Of a stretch of DNA of 64,000 bases, positions 26,672-38,035 are shown piece after piece. The notes below the pieces were generated by a model. The model searched no databases and was not told the origin of the DNA. It worked only from the letters and a program-made list of their open reading frames with translations. The position numbers and the translations under genes are program-made. This DNA is from Lama glama (lineage: Eukaryota): contig CM052817.1 in NCBI GenBank assembly GCA_028534125.1, positions 102,116,001 to 102,180,000 of the forward strand. Reading direction: 5' to 3'. Every line of letters starts with the position of its first letter. The first letter of the stretch is position 1.

Positions 26672-26854
26672 CTATACACATACACACACACACAAAATTA
26701 AGAGACTGGAGTTAACTGACAATGCAGAATACAGAGATTTAATTAATCCAAATATATCTGGGACCATTTGGAAGATTCATTTGCCTGAAGCTCTACGAGA
26801 GTATGAACATAAAACTGATATTAACAATACAGACGAGAAACACAACAGATTAAA

Positions 26855-28330
26855 CAATTATTATGGAAATTTTCAAACATGAAAAAGTAGACAGGATGCT
26901 AATAATAAACTCTCAAGTACCCATCATCTGGCTTCAACTCATGACATTTTATTCCCCATCACATATTTCCCATCACCGTCTTTTTTTTTCTAAAATTTTT
27001 ACTGAAGTGTAACTGATTCACAGCGTTAGTTTCCGGTGTACAGCAGAGCAATTCAGTTATGCATATACGTCCATATCTAATTTTTTCTTTTCAGATTCAC
27101 CATCTTCTTTTGAAGCAAATCTCAGAAAGTATACCATTCCTTCCGTATATTTTTCAACATGCATCTTGAAAAGATAAGGAACATTTTCATATAATCACGG
27201 TACCATATTAGACTTTCAAAAATTAGCAATGATTCCTATCATCCGACATCTAGTTATTTTTAAAATTTTCAACTGTCTCGTAAATATTTTTTTCATTAGC
27301 TCAAATTAGGTTCAACATAAACACCATATTCGCATATCTCTTCCATCTTTGTGTTCCTGCCAGCTATCTCTTTATTTTGTTCTTGCAATTCACTGGCTGA
27401 AGGAACTGGATCGTGTATCCCGAAGTTTCCCAGAGTCTAGATTTGGTTGCTGCTTGTCTCCAATGTGTAGCTTAATATGTTCTTCTGGCTTCTGTGTTTT
27501 CCTTAAACAGGGAGGTAGATCTAGAGAATTAATCAGATTCAGGTTCAATTTGGAGGGAAGACAACGTCACAAGTGCTTTTGTGTTTTTCCTCCAGAAGCA
27601 CGTCTGATTGTCTCATTGTGTGATGTCAGTCCTTGCTGGCGTCTAAGTCCGATCAAGACTCATTAAGCGTTGCAAAGTATAATATTCTGAGATGATGACC
27701 CCTTCTTCATTCATTAGCTGGAATATACTAGTAAAGTGAAATCTCCTCTTTTGTACTTATTGATAACCCATTGGAACAGTTCATTATAGGAAAAGTCAGG
27801 ATAAACACTTACAGTAAACTCATTAACAGTCTTCAAAATAATGGACTGGTTTACTGACATCCTTCAGTACTCCAACTATGATAAGTAAAGGTTTGTTCCA
27901 TTTCTGTTTTAAGAATCATTAAGCATGAATTTAAACATAAGGGTTTCAACCTACTGCCATTATATCCTCACTGATACTCAAACTGTTCCATCTTGGAACA
28001 TTAGGACCCTCTTAAAGGCGCTTCCCGAGTCTTTCTGCTATGACCTCAGTCATCTTTAGCTGTGTTCTTGTATCTGCTGTGACAAAATGCTACAGACTCA
28101 TCTGGGGGAGTTCCTGTCCAAGTCCTAGGGTCAGCCACTTCTCCAAGGACTCCTAGTTCCTTCCAGTGGAACATGGTCTTGGGAGGTCGTATTCTCAATG
28201 TGAGAGCTGCTCATTGCTCTGGGTCAGTCTCTGTTTCCAGGCCTTTTTCAGCAGACAGAGAATACACACCTGCGCACACTGAAATATGTCACAAGTTCAT
28301 ATGGATCTTTCTAATTCAAACTGATTGTCA
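26855..28330 (-). mobile_element. Old L1MC/L1ME-like 3' region, with a nested younger L1 tip at about 26980-27095
   Basis: attatggaaattttcaaacat...gtacccatcatctggcttcaac; ttttgaagcaaatctcaga; cctagggtcagccacttctccaaggactcctagttcctt. Confidence 0.65.
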
Positions 28331-29269
28331 TCTGGTGTTGTTGCAAATCTGTTAACAATAACAGATTTGCATTCTTTGATAAAATCTGAACACTTCAACA
28401 ATCCAAAAAACCCAGACAATGTCTGGGCTAGTGGCTCTCTTTGATTCTTTATTCAACCACTGATGAGCGATTCATAAACAAATAAAACAAATAAAAAAGA
28501 ACTCCTGCCCTTAAGAAAGTCAGAGTATACAGCAGAAATCATGTAACATCTTCTCGTTGTGATGTCAATGCTTTGATCCATTTACTTCATCACCATAAGA
28601 GGATGAAAACTTTCATGAATGTTGACATATATATATCGTTATTTCCATTATATTGACTTTTATCTTGTTATCTTATCTTATATTTTGTCGTTGCCTCTAT
28701 TTTGCAATTGGATGAAGTTAAAGCAAAGGTCTGAATAACATACCACCATATTTTTATATTGCTATGCCCCAAGTATCATTTTAGAAGCTAATTTTTATTT
28801 TAAAATTCAGTATTTCAAACATTTAGAAATATATGATGAACACCTTTGTAAACATTTCCAGTTGGTTAAATCACAATATTTCTTCAAAATGTTTAAAGAA
28901 ATGACAGAGTTTACGTACAGCAGAGGACCTGTGTGAACCTCCAAATATCATTCCCTTCCTTTTCGCCTGTTCTAAAGTGTGGGTGTATTTTTCTAGTCCA
29001 CATATTCATGAATAATACATAGCATGGTTGTATTTCTTTCTAACGATACTATAGCAAGATTGTAGTTTAATCTATTAGTGTGTGTGTGTGTGTATCTGCG
29101 GCAGGTTCCTTATCCCTGAACAATCCACTATGTCATCTTCCCAAGCGTGAATGTGATTTGCCTTTTCATTTCTTTCTGCTTTTAGGTCTTTCATTAATAC
29201 TTTGTGATTTTCTATATAAAGGTCTTGAATATCTTTTATTGAAATTTCCTCCTTATGGTTCTAATCAAG

Positions 29270-29450
29270 ATGATTCTGATTTTGGGGAGAGGGAAAACAT
29301 AAAATTTGAGGGTCCTTCTTTATGGAAAATAGGGCAATATTACAAATACAATTTGCCCATTGCACCCCACCTCCCACCCAGAGGAACCCACGTGACGGGA
29401 GAGCCTTGAAGCTTAAACTTCATTAGCTTTACAGTAAATCGCCTCCCGCC
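29270..29450. mobile_element. hAT-Tip100 (Arthur1/MER69-like) fragment
   Basis: Terminal motif gccttgaagcttaaacttcattagctttacagtaaatcgcctc. Confidence 0.55.
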
Positions 29451-30226
29451 ATGTGGTTTTTCTGTGTTACAGTGAATGAGATCTGTGAAATCCTGCTTAG
29501 CTTTTCAGTGCTAGTGATTTTTGTATGTCTACATTGTTCCTAGAAATTGTTTACGTTGTTGATTCCAATGGTTTGTCTGTAGCATATTTGGGGTTTTCCA
29601 CGAAGACAGTTAGATTATCTGTAGGTTAAGGGCAGTGTTGCCGCTTACTTTCCTAAGTTTGTGTCAAACATGACAAAGCATCGAATGTCTTTTAAAAATG
29701 GTATAAAAACACAATGTCAACTAAAGCTAATCACTGGAAACCACTTGGGGCCTGGGCATCCTAAAAGATAAACACAAGCCTGTCTCAGCAAAGTTCCCAC
29801 GTACACATACATGTGTGTACATCTGTGACACCTTCTAGGTATGATTTACTCTGACCTTAAGAATATTTAATCTTCATAAAGATTCACCGATGTTTGGGAT
29901 TCATAACCATATGTCTCTGGACTTCATACCAATTTTTATTGATTATTCACTTCCTATCAATAAAAGTTGATTTGCATTTTAGATTATTGAGAATTATTCA
30001 TTTAAGTTGGATGGTTGTTTGGCTGGTTTCTATTTAGGACACAGGATTTTATATTAAGCTTATAAATTCTTTTTTTTTTTAAGGTGATTCTAGAAAATAA
30101 CAAATGTATTTTGTCTGCAATTTGGTGGTATTTTCAATGTTAACTATTTTCCCAGAAGGAGACATGGTTGGTAGACAAGAGAGGAGATACTAAAGTTCTT
30201 AATCCTTTATGGATGATAACTTTTAC

Positions 30227-30326
30227 CTGAAGATACTGAATACATAACTTCTGCATTGCTTCCTTCATCAAGATCCTTTGCAAACACAGTTGTAACCAAC
30301 ATATTTACTGGTTGACCTTCCAGAAC
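30227..30326 (-). CDS. DCHS2: DCHS2 coding exon, 100 nt, phase 0-1 (too short for the ORF track)
   Basis: Acceptor ttttaatgacag|GTT CTG GAA; donor TCT TCA G|gtaaaa. Manual translation VLEGQPVNMLVTTVFAKDLDEGSNAEVMYSVSS contains the cadherin AxDxDxG motif. Phases match both neighbours. Confidence 0.93.
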
Positions 30327-31615
30327 CTGTCATTAAAATAAATGGCTTACAGATTAGTCAGTGAAATTTTAAAAGAAATATCAACGAATCTTTAAGTGAA
30401 AGAACATATTACTCCTAAGCATTTTTTAAACTGTTTTTAAATCCACATGTAATTCAAATGTCTACGATATAAATGTTATACAGGTGTAAATCCATGAAAA
30501 GAATCCATATTGCAAACTTAAGTGTTTTACTCAATTTGAACAAATGATCTGCAGCATTTGAACTATTTTTGAGGGAGAAAAAGACATTGAATTGACTAAA
30601 AAATCTTATATGTTTGATTTATTTTAAGAATTCTAGCACCTTCTCATTTATTACCTTTTCAGGACATTTTTTGAAAGGTCCAAAATATGCTAAAGATAAA
30701 CATGAAATATACCTTATTAATTAACAGAAACTTTCCTTGAATACTGAAATGCACATGTGGAGTTGAAATCCAAATTTAGAGCCTAATTAAGCCATTGTAT
30801 ATCATACATAAAATGGTATAATAAAAATCATAAGGATAATACCATAATGCTCTGCTTTAGTAAAATTTTCTTTAAATATGACTTTGGAAGGTGAGTTTAA
30901 AGTTATTAACCTCCTCAGTACCTTTTTTGAGTTGTTCAATATGAATATATGAGCGCAATTTGAATGTCTAATTTTGGGGACAATAGATTCCAAACATTTT
31001 ATTCATATAACCCATTCATTTAAAAAATATGAGTACCTCCAAGATACATTTATTAATTACATACATAAAGTAATATGCTAGTTTATTATGTACTTTATGA
31101 CATATACAAAAACATAAAAATGAAAAAGATTACATATGCATAATTAGAAGTGTCTGCACGTGCCAGCAAAGATCAAATTTTATGATCTCTCGGTGCACGT
31201 CCCTCCACTTTAGAGCTACAGATTGTCCTCCTATCTTTAACTAACCATCTTAAAGATGTGTTTCAATTGCACACAGGGAGCTCTAGACAAAGAGATGTGT
31301 GGAAATTACTGGAAAAACAATCGATGTCTGATAATAAAGTTACCATTATGTTTGTATACAATTTTTGGACAGAACTCTGTTATGATAAAACAACTCGAAT
31401 GTGTGATCCCAGCTAGCATTTACAACCATTTTCTTTTTTTTTTTTTAATTGTGGCTTTTCTTGACATGGGACAACATTTTCTAGATTTTCTAGAAATGTA
31501 TTCATGTCCACACCAAGACTGAGTGGATAAATTCATGCTTCTTACCACAAGATGGTGCTCAAAACAAGTGACTAAGAATATTACAAACATTGCTGGGTTA
31601 CTTCGCCCCACATAC

Positions 31616-31803
31616 CTTAATGTGTAATTCCTTCCCAGGGAGGCACTGTGGGAAATACGGCCTGTTATCATTGATGTCAGTGACTGAGACGTAAACCACC
31701 GTGGTGGCGTTTCGCGGTGGGGAGCCGTGGTCCGTCACTAGGACAGTCATCTGATGGTGCACCTGCTGCTCGTGATCCAGCGCCACCCAACTGATGAGTT
31801 CAC
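31616..31803 (-). CDS. DCHS2: DCHS2 coding exon, 188 nt, phase 1-0
   Basis: Acceptor ctcctcag|GT GAA CTC; donor ATT AAG|gtatgt. Translates (G)ELISWVALDHEQQ...VTDINDNRPYFPQCLPGKELHIK. Confidence 0.94.
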
Positions 31804-32570
31804 CTGAGGAGCACAGAGCAGGACGAGAGAGGCTGACACGTGTGCTAGCGTGGTGGCACTCTGAGCCACACCCAAACCAATCCCCAGAAAGCAGAATCAG
31901 ACCCAGAGCTCTGAGGAAAAGCACAGCTTCCTAGACCACATACCTTAGTCATCTAGCTCTACTGTTGAAAAAGTATTCTGAAGTTTCTCCTGCCACCTTC
32001 CATTTGGCCGTCTTTGTATTTCAAATGATCTACCGTCAACCATTCAACTAAAGAATGAATTCCTTTATGATTGGATTACCGCCTTCTGTTGATTCTTACT
32101 GTGCAGCTGGCTCTATTCCTTTGATAACTATGTAAGTTTAAAAAGCTACAGCTCTAATCTGTTCTTAGAAACAACGATCAGTACATATATTTAACTAAAA
32201 AAAAATTGCAGTATATTGTTTATATGCATTTACATGCAATATAATGTGTATGTGCAATCAAACTGTAATAATTCTGCCTAATGGAACTGAAAAAGGAAAA
32301 TCAATCAATCAAGAATGCATTCATGACAACAAATGATAAAAATACACTGTGGGAATTTAGTAATAATTTAGAAGATTTCAAATGACAGCACATCTCTCTT
32401 CAGACTACTGTACAGCATAATGGAGAGACTGGGGAGACCTCAGCTCAGACATCACTACTTCTAGGCCTGGGTCCCAGTCTCTCCACCTCTGACACAGAAG
32501 GGCCTTTCTGAGCCTGCTTCCTAGGGCTATTGGAAACTAATACAGTCATCAACTTAAAATTATTTTTCCA

Positions 32571-32715
32571 GGGGAAGGTCTAGCTCAGTGGTAGAGTGCA
32601 TGCCTAGCATGCACAAGGTCCTGGGCTTAATCCCCAGTTCCTCCATTAAAAATAAATAAATAAATAAACCTCATGACCTTCCTCTCCTCTTCCCGAAAAA
32701 CAAAACAAACAAAAA
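32571..32715 (+). mobile_element. tRNA-derived SINE (camelid type)
   Basis: ggggaaggtctagctcagtggtagagtgcatgcctagcatgcacaaggtcctggg, then an A-rich tail. Confidence 0.9.
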
Positions 32716-33320
32716 GGAGTATTTTGTAAGCTGTGAATTATTATGAACGAGGAAGTTGTTATCATTACTTTAAAATAATGGCAAAATATCTTCATGAAAA
32801 TCAAGTACTTTCCTTAGGTAACAGTGTGTCCTTTTTTGTATAGACTTATTTATTGTTATCTCACAGAGTACATGTGTATGGATGATAGTGGCTTCCCAAA
32901 GAACTCCTCGTGCTTTACAAGGCATATTTTCCATACTCTTGCTCAGAGCTGTCTACTGGGCAACTTCCGTCATGTTTCATCCACAGAGACTCAGGCATAA
33001 AATCATAACTGCCTCTGCCTGTGGCCAAGGGCCTCTCTGGTGCCCCTCTCCTGCTGCAGAGCTCCACGAAGCATTAATTTCCTCACCATTTATGAAAATA
33101 TCTATTTGCGAGAAAGTAAACAGAAAGCAACTACTACCTCACATCGCCATTTCTAAGATTCTTTGTCTTCTTCATCCAAATGAAAGGACAATGTATAAAA
33201 CAAAAGAGTAACTGACATCAGGAACGGAAATGAAAATTCCTGTTTGGATAAGTTGCTGAATTGGTGACATTTTAGTGCAGTGTTTACTCTAGCAACTATA
33301 TTTATAAGGTGTTTACTGAA

Positions 33321-33540
33321 GGGGGGAGGGTATAGCTCAGTGATAGAGAGCATGCTTAGCATGTACAAGATCCTGGGTTCAATTCCCAGTACTTCCGCTA
33401 AAAAAATAATTAAAAATTTTTTTTAAAAATTAAAAAAGAAGAATGTGTGTTTAGCATGCATGAGGTCCTGGGTTCAATACCCAGTACCTCCATTAAAAAA
33501 TGAAGATATAAACCTAATTATCTACCCCTCCAAAAAAAAA
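33321..33540 (+). mobile_element. Composite tRNA-derived SINE: full head plus a 5'-truncated second copy
   Basis: Two ttagcatg..ca.ga..tcctgggttcaat units joined by an AT linker; gtgtttact repeated on both outer flanks. Confidence 0.88.
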
Positions 33541-35157
33541 GTGTTTACTATAAATGTGATTCTAACAAAAATTATGATGCCAATCACTGCATTTTTAAAG
33601 TTCCAAAACGTAATTCTCTTCAGAAAACCCTACGTCCTGAAGGGCAAACAGATTTTTATTTGATGAACCAACTCCGATGTTGTTAAAGACCGGAAGGCTC
33701 AGCCTGGGGCTGGGCATGGGGGTGCCAGGCAGGGCTCTGTGGGAGCAGGGGTTCTGGTCACTGTAAGGACCGCTCAGAGCCCCGGATGTGGAGGACAGAC
33801 ACGGGCGGAGGATGCCCTCAACCCCTGTGCCGCCACCCTGCCCCCAGTCTTGGTGAATAGGAACAGTTTAGGAGTATGCAGCCTTTCAAGCCCCTTCATA
33901 CACTTCCAGTCCTCAACCCCCAGAGCAGGATGCCGAGCAGGGCAGGAATTCTCTCCTTTATTCAAGGCAAGGAAGCCGGGCCCTGAGGGGAGCTACTTGC
34001 TGAAAGCCATACAATTCTAGGGATGGACACCGGGTCTTCTGAGTCTGGGCACTGGACTACTTGTGGGACAGAGAAGATCGTGGGGGAACCAACTGTGTAT
34101 TTTATCTCAAAAAACAAATTCCCGTGTCAAATAGAAGACCTAGAAAACTCCTTAGCATGGGGCAGTAAAGAGCGAGCCGGGCCATCCTGCGTAGCCAAGC
34201 AGTTTGTGCCCTGCAGGGTGTCCGAGCTCAGGAACCAGTGGACGCTGAGCTCCAGTTTGCAAGAATCTAGGCCTGTCTTGTGCCCTGGTGTGAGGCTCCA
34301 TCTGCTGGAGAAAGGGGCGCCTTTCCTAATTCACAAAACAGGCACTCTGAAGCTAAGTAGAACTGAATTCAAACTCTGTTCCAAGGTAGAGCAAGGGGCA
34401 CCACTTACAAAGTCTACGACATGAATGGTGCCTCCTGGGATTGTACAAAGTGGTGGCCATTTCTCGCTTCTTTGTAGCTCCCTGACCTTGGGCATGTTAC
34501 TTCACCTTTCCAGGTCTCGGCTTCTCCAGCCATATGGTTGCAGTGTAAACAGAATTCACTTGTGGACAGTTACAGGAACTCAATAAACTCCTTGTAAATT
34601 TATACAATATCAATTTTAAAATACAAGAACATTTGTATTTTTAATTTCATAATTAAGACTTGAAAAAAACCTCAGTGTAAATATTAACCCTTTCCCCATG
34701 GTTTCCTCATCAAAATGAGAATGGGAAAATACACAAAAAGAGTGATTTTGTAATCTTAACTAAGGGATTATTTCCTAGTTTTACATCCATGACATCTATA
34801 TTTTAAAAAATATTATTTGAAAAATTTTAAAGACATCTACAAATGAAAAAGAATGGTTGGGGGGAAATTAGACTTTACTTGAGGATTTCTTCAGTTCAGT
34901 TCTGACTGTACCCCTAATTCAAAACAAGAACCATATATACGGACAGTATGTGGGTTTGAGGCAAGAGAAGTATGAATCATTATGGGGAAATTTCTATTCA
35001 ATTTTGACTTCACTTTAAAATCACAATACTATCATCAAATAAGGTATTAAAACTGCCACTTTAACTATGTTAATGTTTGCACTAATGTTATAACCAAAAG
35101 ATGTGAGTTTTGTCAATTCCAATTTGAAAGAAATAAGCACAAGCTACAAAATGCTAC

Positions 35158-36174
35158 CTGTATTAGGATTCATCTTGAAGAATTTTCCATCAGACAAAAG
35201 GAAATATGACAGTTGTCCATTCTTGCCCGCGTCTCTGTCACTTGCTGTAATTTTGCCTATTACCCCTTGGGGAACAGGGCTCTCCTCGACTTTCAAAAAC
35301 AAGACATCATGCAAGAAGGTAGGGGAATTGTCATTCTCATCCAGGACATGAACAATTACCGAAGTGCTCACATTTTGCGACAATCTGTCCTCCGGGATCC
35401 AGGCAAACACTCTAAAATTGTGCGTTTGTGTGGATTCATGGTCGAGGGGCCGCCGCAGGTAGACCCAGCCGGTGTCGGGGCGGACGCCGAACGCGGCCGA
35501 GTGCGCGCTGGGCTGGAGCGCGTACCGCGGCCGGGAGCGTGCGCGCCGCGGGCCAAGCGGCCGGGCCTGGGTCCGCAGCACTGGGGTCATCAGTGAGAGC
35601 GCCTCACTGACTTCCACCTGATAGACCAAATGCTCAAAAGTCAGCGACGGGCTTGGTTCTTGCTTTTCGATGACGACCGTCAGCACCAACAGAGACGCCC
35701 GAGGAGGGAGGCCGAGATCCTGGGCCACGAGGGTCAGCGTGCACTTCCGGGGCACCCCGGCCCCCAGGCTCTGGCTGAGGTACACCACACCAAGCCCCGA
35801 GTCGACGGAAAAGATGCTCGGGGTCTGGCTGGCAACGGCGTAGCGCACCAACCCCCTGGGCCCGCTGTCTTTGTCCTCCGCGCGGGCGCGGTACAAGGCT
35901 GTGCCGGGCGGGGTGGTCCAGGATATGGTCACCTCGTCGGAGGCTTTGGGAAACGCCGGATGGTTGTCATTGACATCGACCACGGTGATGTTGACCTCGG
36001 TGCTGCTGCAGGCTGGGGAGTTGCCGAGCTGCGCCTGGACCGTGAGCACAACCACGGGCTGCGTTTCGTGATCCAGAGGCTTCCGGGTTCGAATGGTGCC
36101 CAGCCACGGGTGAATGGAGAACTTCCCATCCAGATCACCAGAGGAGATCCTGTAAAAAATTGGCTCTGAGGAAT
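35158..36174 (-). CDS. DCHS2: DCHS2 coding exon, 1017 nt, phase 1-1; about three cadherin repeats
   Basis: Acceptor tttttttcag|AT TCC TCA GAG; donor AAT ACA G|gtagca. Motifs LDHE, DVNDNHP, AEDKDSG, DENDNSP, ASDRDAG. Confidence 0.95.
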
Positions 36175-36586
36175 CTGAAAAAAAGGAAAACAAAGAAAGG
36201 AAAAAGAACAAGAGACAGCAGTCACTCTATGCCAAAAGAATGTACCTCAGTGGAAACACTGCGAACTAAAAGCGTTCATGGATATTACATCCACAGAGAA
36301 GACCATACGATGTCACATCTTCTTCCCACTCTCCAGCGTCTGTTTCAGATGTGCTAGTGGACAAAGGTAATGTCCAATGGACAAGGAGTAAGCCACGGTT
36401 TTCACCATTTTCCTTCCTTTTTCTTGCATTAAAAGGGAAAGATGTTTCAAAAAATGTGGATGCCTGTTTTATATTCTATTTTATATATCTGAAGTAGCAA
36501 AGTCAAGTTTATGCTGATGTTTCTCTATGATGCCTACCAATAAATGACAGATACCCTCCCCAAAAGTTAAGGCAAGGAGGAAGGAC

Positions 36587-36607
36587 GGGTTAGGGTTAGG
36601 GTTAGGG
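36587..36607 (+). repeat. Short interstitial telomeric repeat GGG(TTAGGG)3
   Basis: gggttagggttagggttaggg read directly from the sequence. Confidence 0.95.
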
Positions 36608-37180
36608 AGCAGGACAAGGTCTTTGGGCAATTAATTCACTTCTAGGAATTTATCTTGTAGGGAAACCTCTGTAAGTCATGTAAGGATATTTGCCTGAGTA
36701 TTATTTGGACCAGCAAAAATGACTGTAAATCATTCAAATTCATAGTAAAAGAAAATGTTTAAATAAAATATATTTTATATCCAAGTTGAAATACTAGGAA
36801 AATTTTTTTTAATGAGACAGAATGATGTTCAGTTACTTGGAAAACTGTCCACGATATACAAAGTAGGCGGGCGGGGGGTGTGTGGCAGGGAAATGGTAGT
36901 TATAGAACAACAAAGACAGTAGGATATATTTTCATAAAATATTTTTGGAAGTGTGTATGTGTGTTTTGGAGAGTGGGTTAAAAGTGCCTATTTTTGTGAT
37001 TAGAAAAAAAATGCAGGCTAGAAATCACGTTGAAAAAGAACAAAGTGCAAGCCACAGATTGAACTGTCTCAGTTCCTGCACGGAGAAAAGGAAAGATTTA
37101 TTCAAGACTGTACAGCCTGAGGGAATACAGGAAATGTTCCAATAATGGACTTCAACGCGGCCTGAGAAGTCAGTACTTAC

Positions 37181-37417
37181 TCAAGGACTCCTTTGCTTTC
37201 ACTGTCCCCACAGGACTGTCTTCGGGCGCATCTTCATAAACTGAGAAAGTATACTTAGGCCTTTCAAACTGAGCAGGTGCCAGTGTCGTCTGAAGAATGT
37301 GTATAGTGACTTCGGCATTAGTGACAGAAGTGAGGCCACCACCATCTCGAGCACAGACCAGCAGCAAAAGTGTACTGGATTCCAAATGATTAACAGTTGA
37401 TGTTAAGTAAATAATCC
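37181..37417 (-). CDS. DCHS2: DCHS2 coding exon, 237 nt, phase 1-1 (about exon 4 of the long isoform); cadherin repeat
   Basis: Acceptor ttcccctacccag|GG ATT ATT TAC; donor TTG A|gtaagt. Translates (G)IIYLTSTVNHLESSTLLLLVCARDGGGLTS...YEDAPEDSPVGTVKAKESL. Splices in frame to the next exon. Confidence 0.93.
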
Positions 37418-37500
37418 CTGGGTAGGGGAAAGAGGAGATTAAAATCAGATCACATGCAATAAATACTGATCAGCAACAGTAACACCTGCTCTGTTGATGC

Positions 37501-38035
37501 TGCCATGATGGTTAATTCACGTGTCCACCTGAATGGGCCTTGACGTGCCCAAATATTGAGTCAAACATTATGCTGCATGTTTTTGGATGAGAGTAACATT
37601 TTAATGGGAAGACTGAGTCCAACAGACTGGCCTCCCTGTTGTTGGTGGGCCTCATGCAGTCGGTTGAAGGCCTGACCAGAACGAAAGGACTGGCCCTCCC
37701 TCAAGTAGGGGAGAATCCTCCTGCCTGACTGCCTTTGATTTGGGACATTGGTTTGTTTTTTTTTTTCTTTTTCTTTTTCTTGTTTTTTTTTTTCCCCTGT
37801 CTGAACTGAAACACTGGCTCTTCCTGAGTCCTGAGATGGCTAGCCTTCAGCCTGGAATCACACCCTTGATTCTATGGGTCTCAAGTTGACCCAACTCACC
37901 TGTAAATTTTGGAATCTGTTAACCTCCATGATCACATGACTAATTCCTTATGAGAAATCTCTCTGTGTCTATCCGCATTTACCTTTAGGTTTAGATATCT
38001 CCTATTGATTCCATTTCTCTGGAGAACACGTCTAC
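37501..38035 (+). mobile_element. MLT2-type ERVL solo LTR
   Basis: atgatggttaattcacgtgtccacctgaatggg...gtcaaacatta...gttgaaggcctga...ctcctattgattccatttctctggagaac. Confidence 0.82.

Noticed and set aside
35213..36169. Plus-strand ORFs of 127 and 179 aa opposite the large exon (likewise 7708-8228 and 24925-25233)
   Set aside because: Antisense shadows of GC-rich coding exons; no independent evidence.
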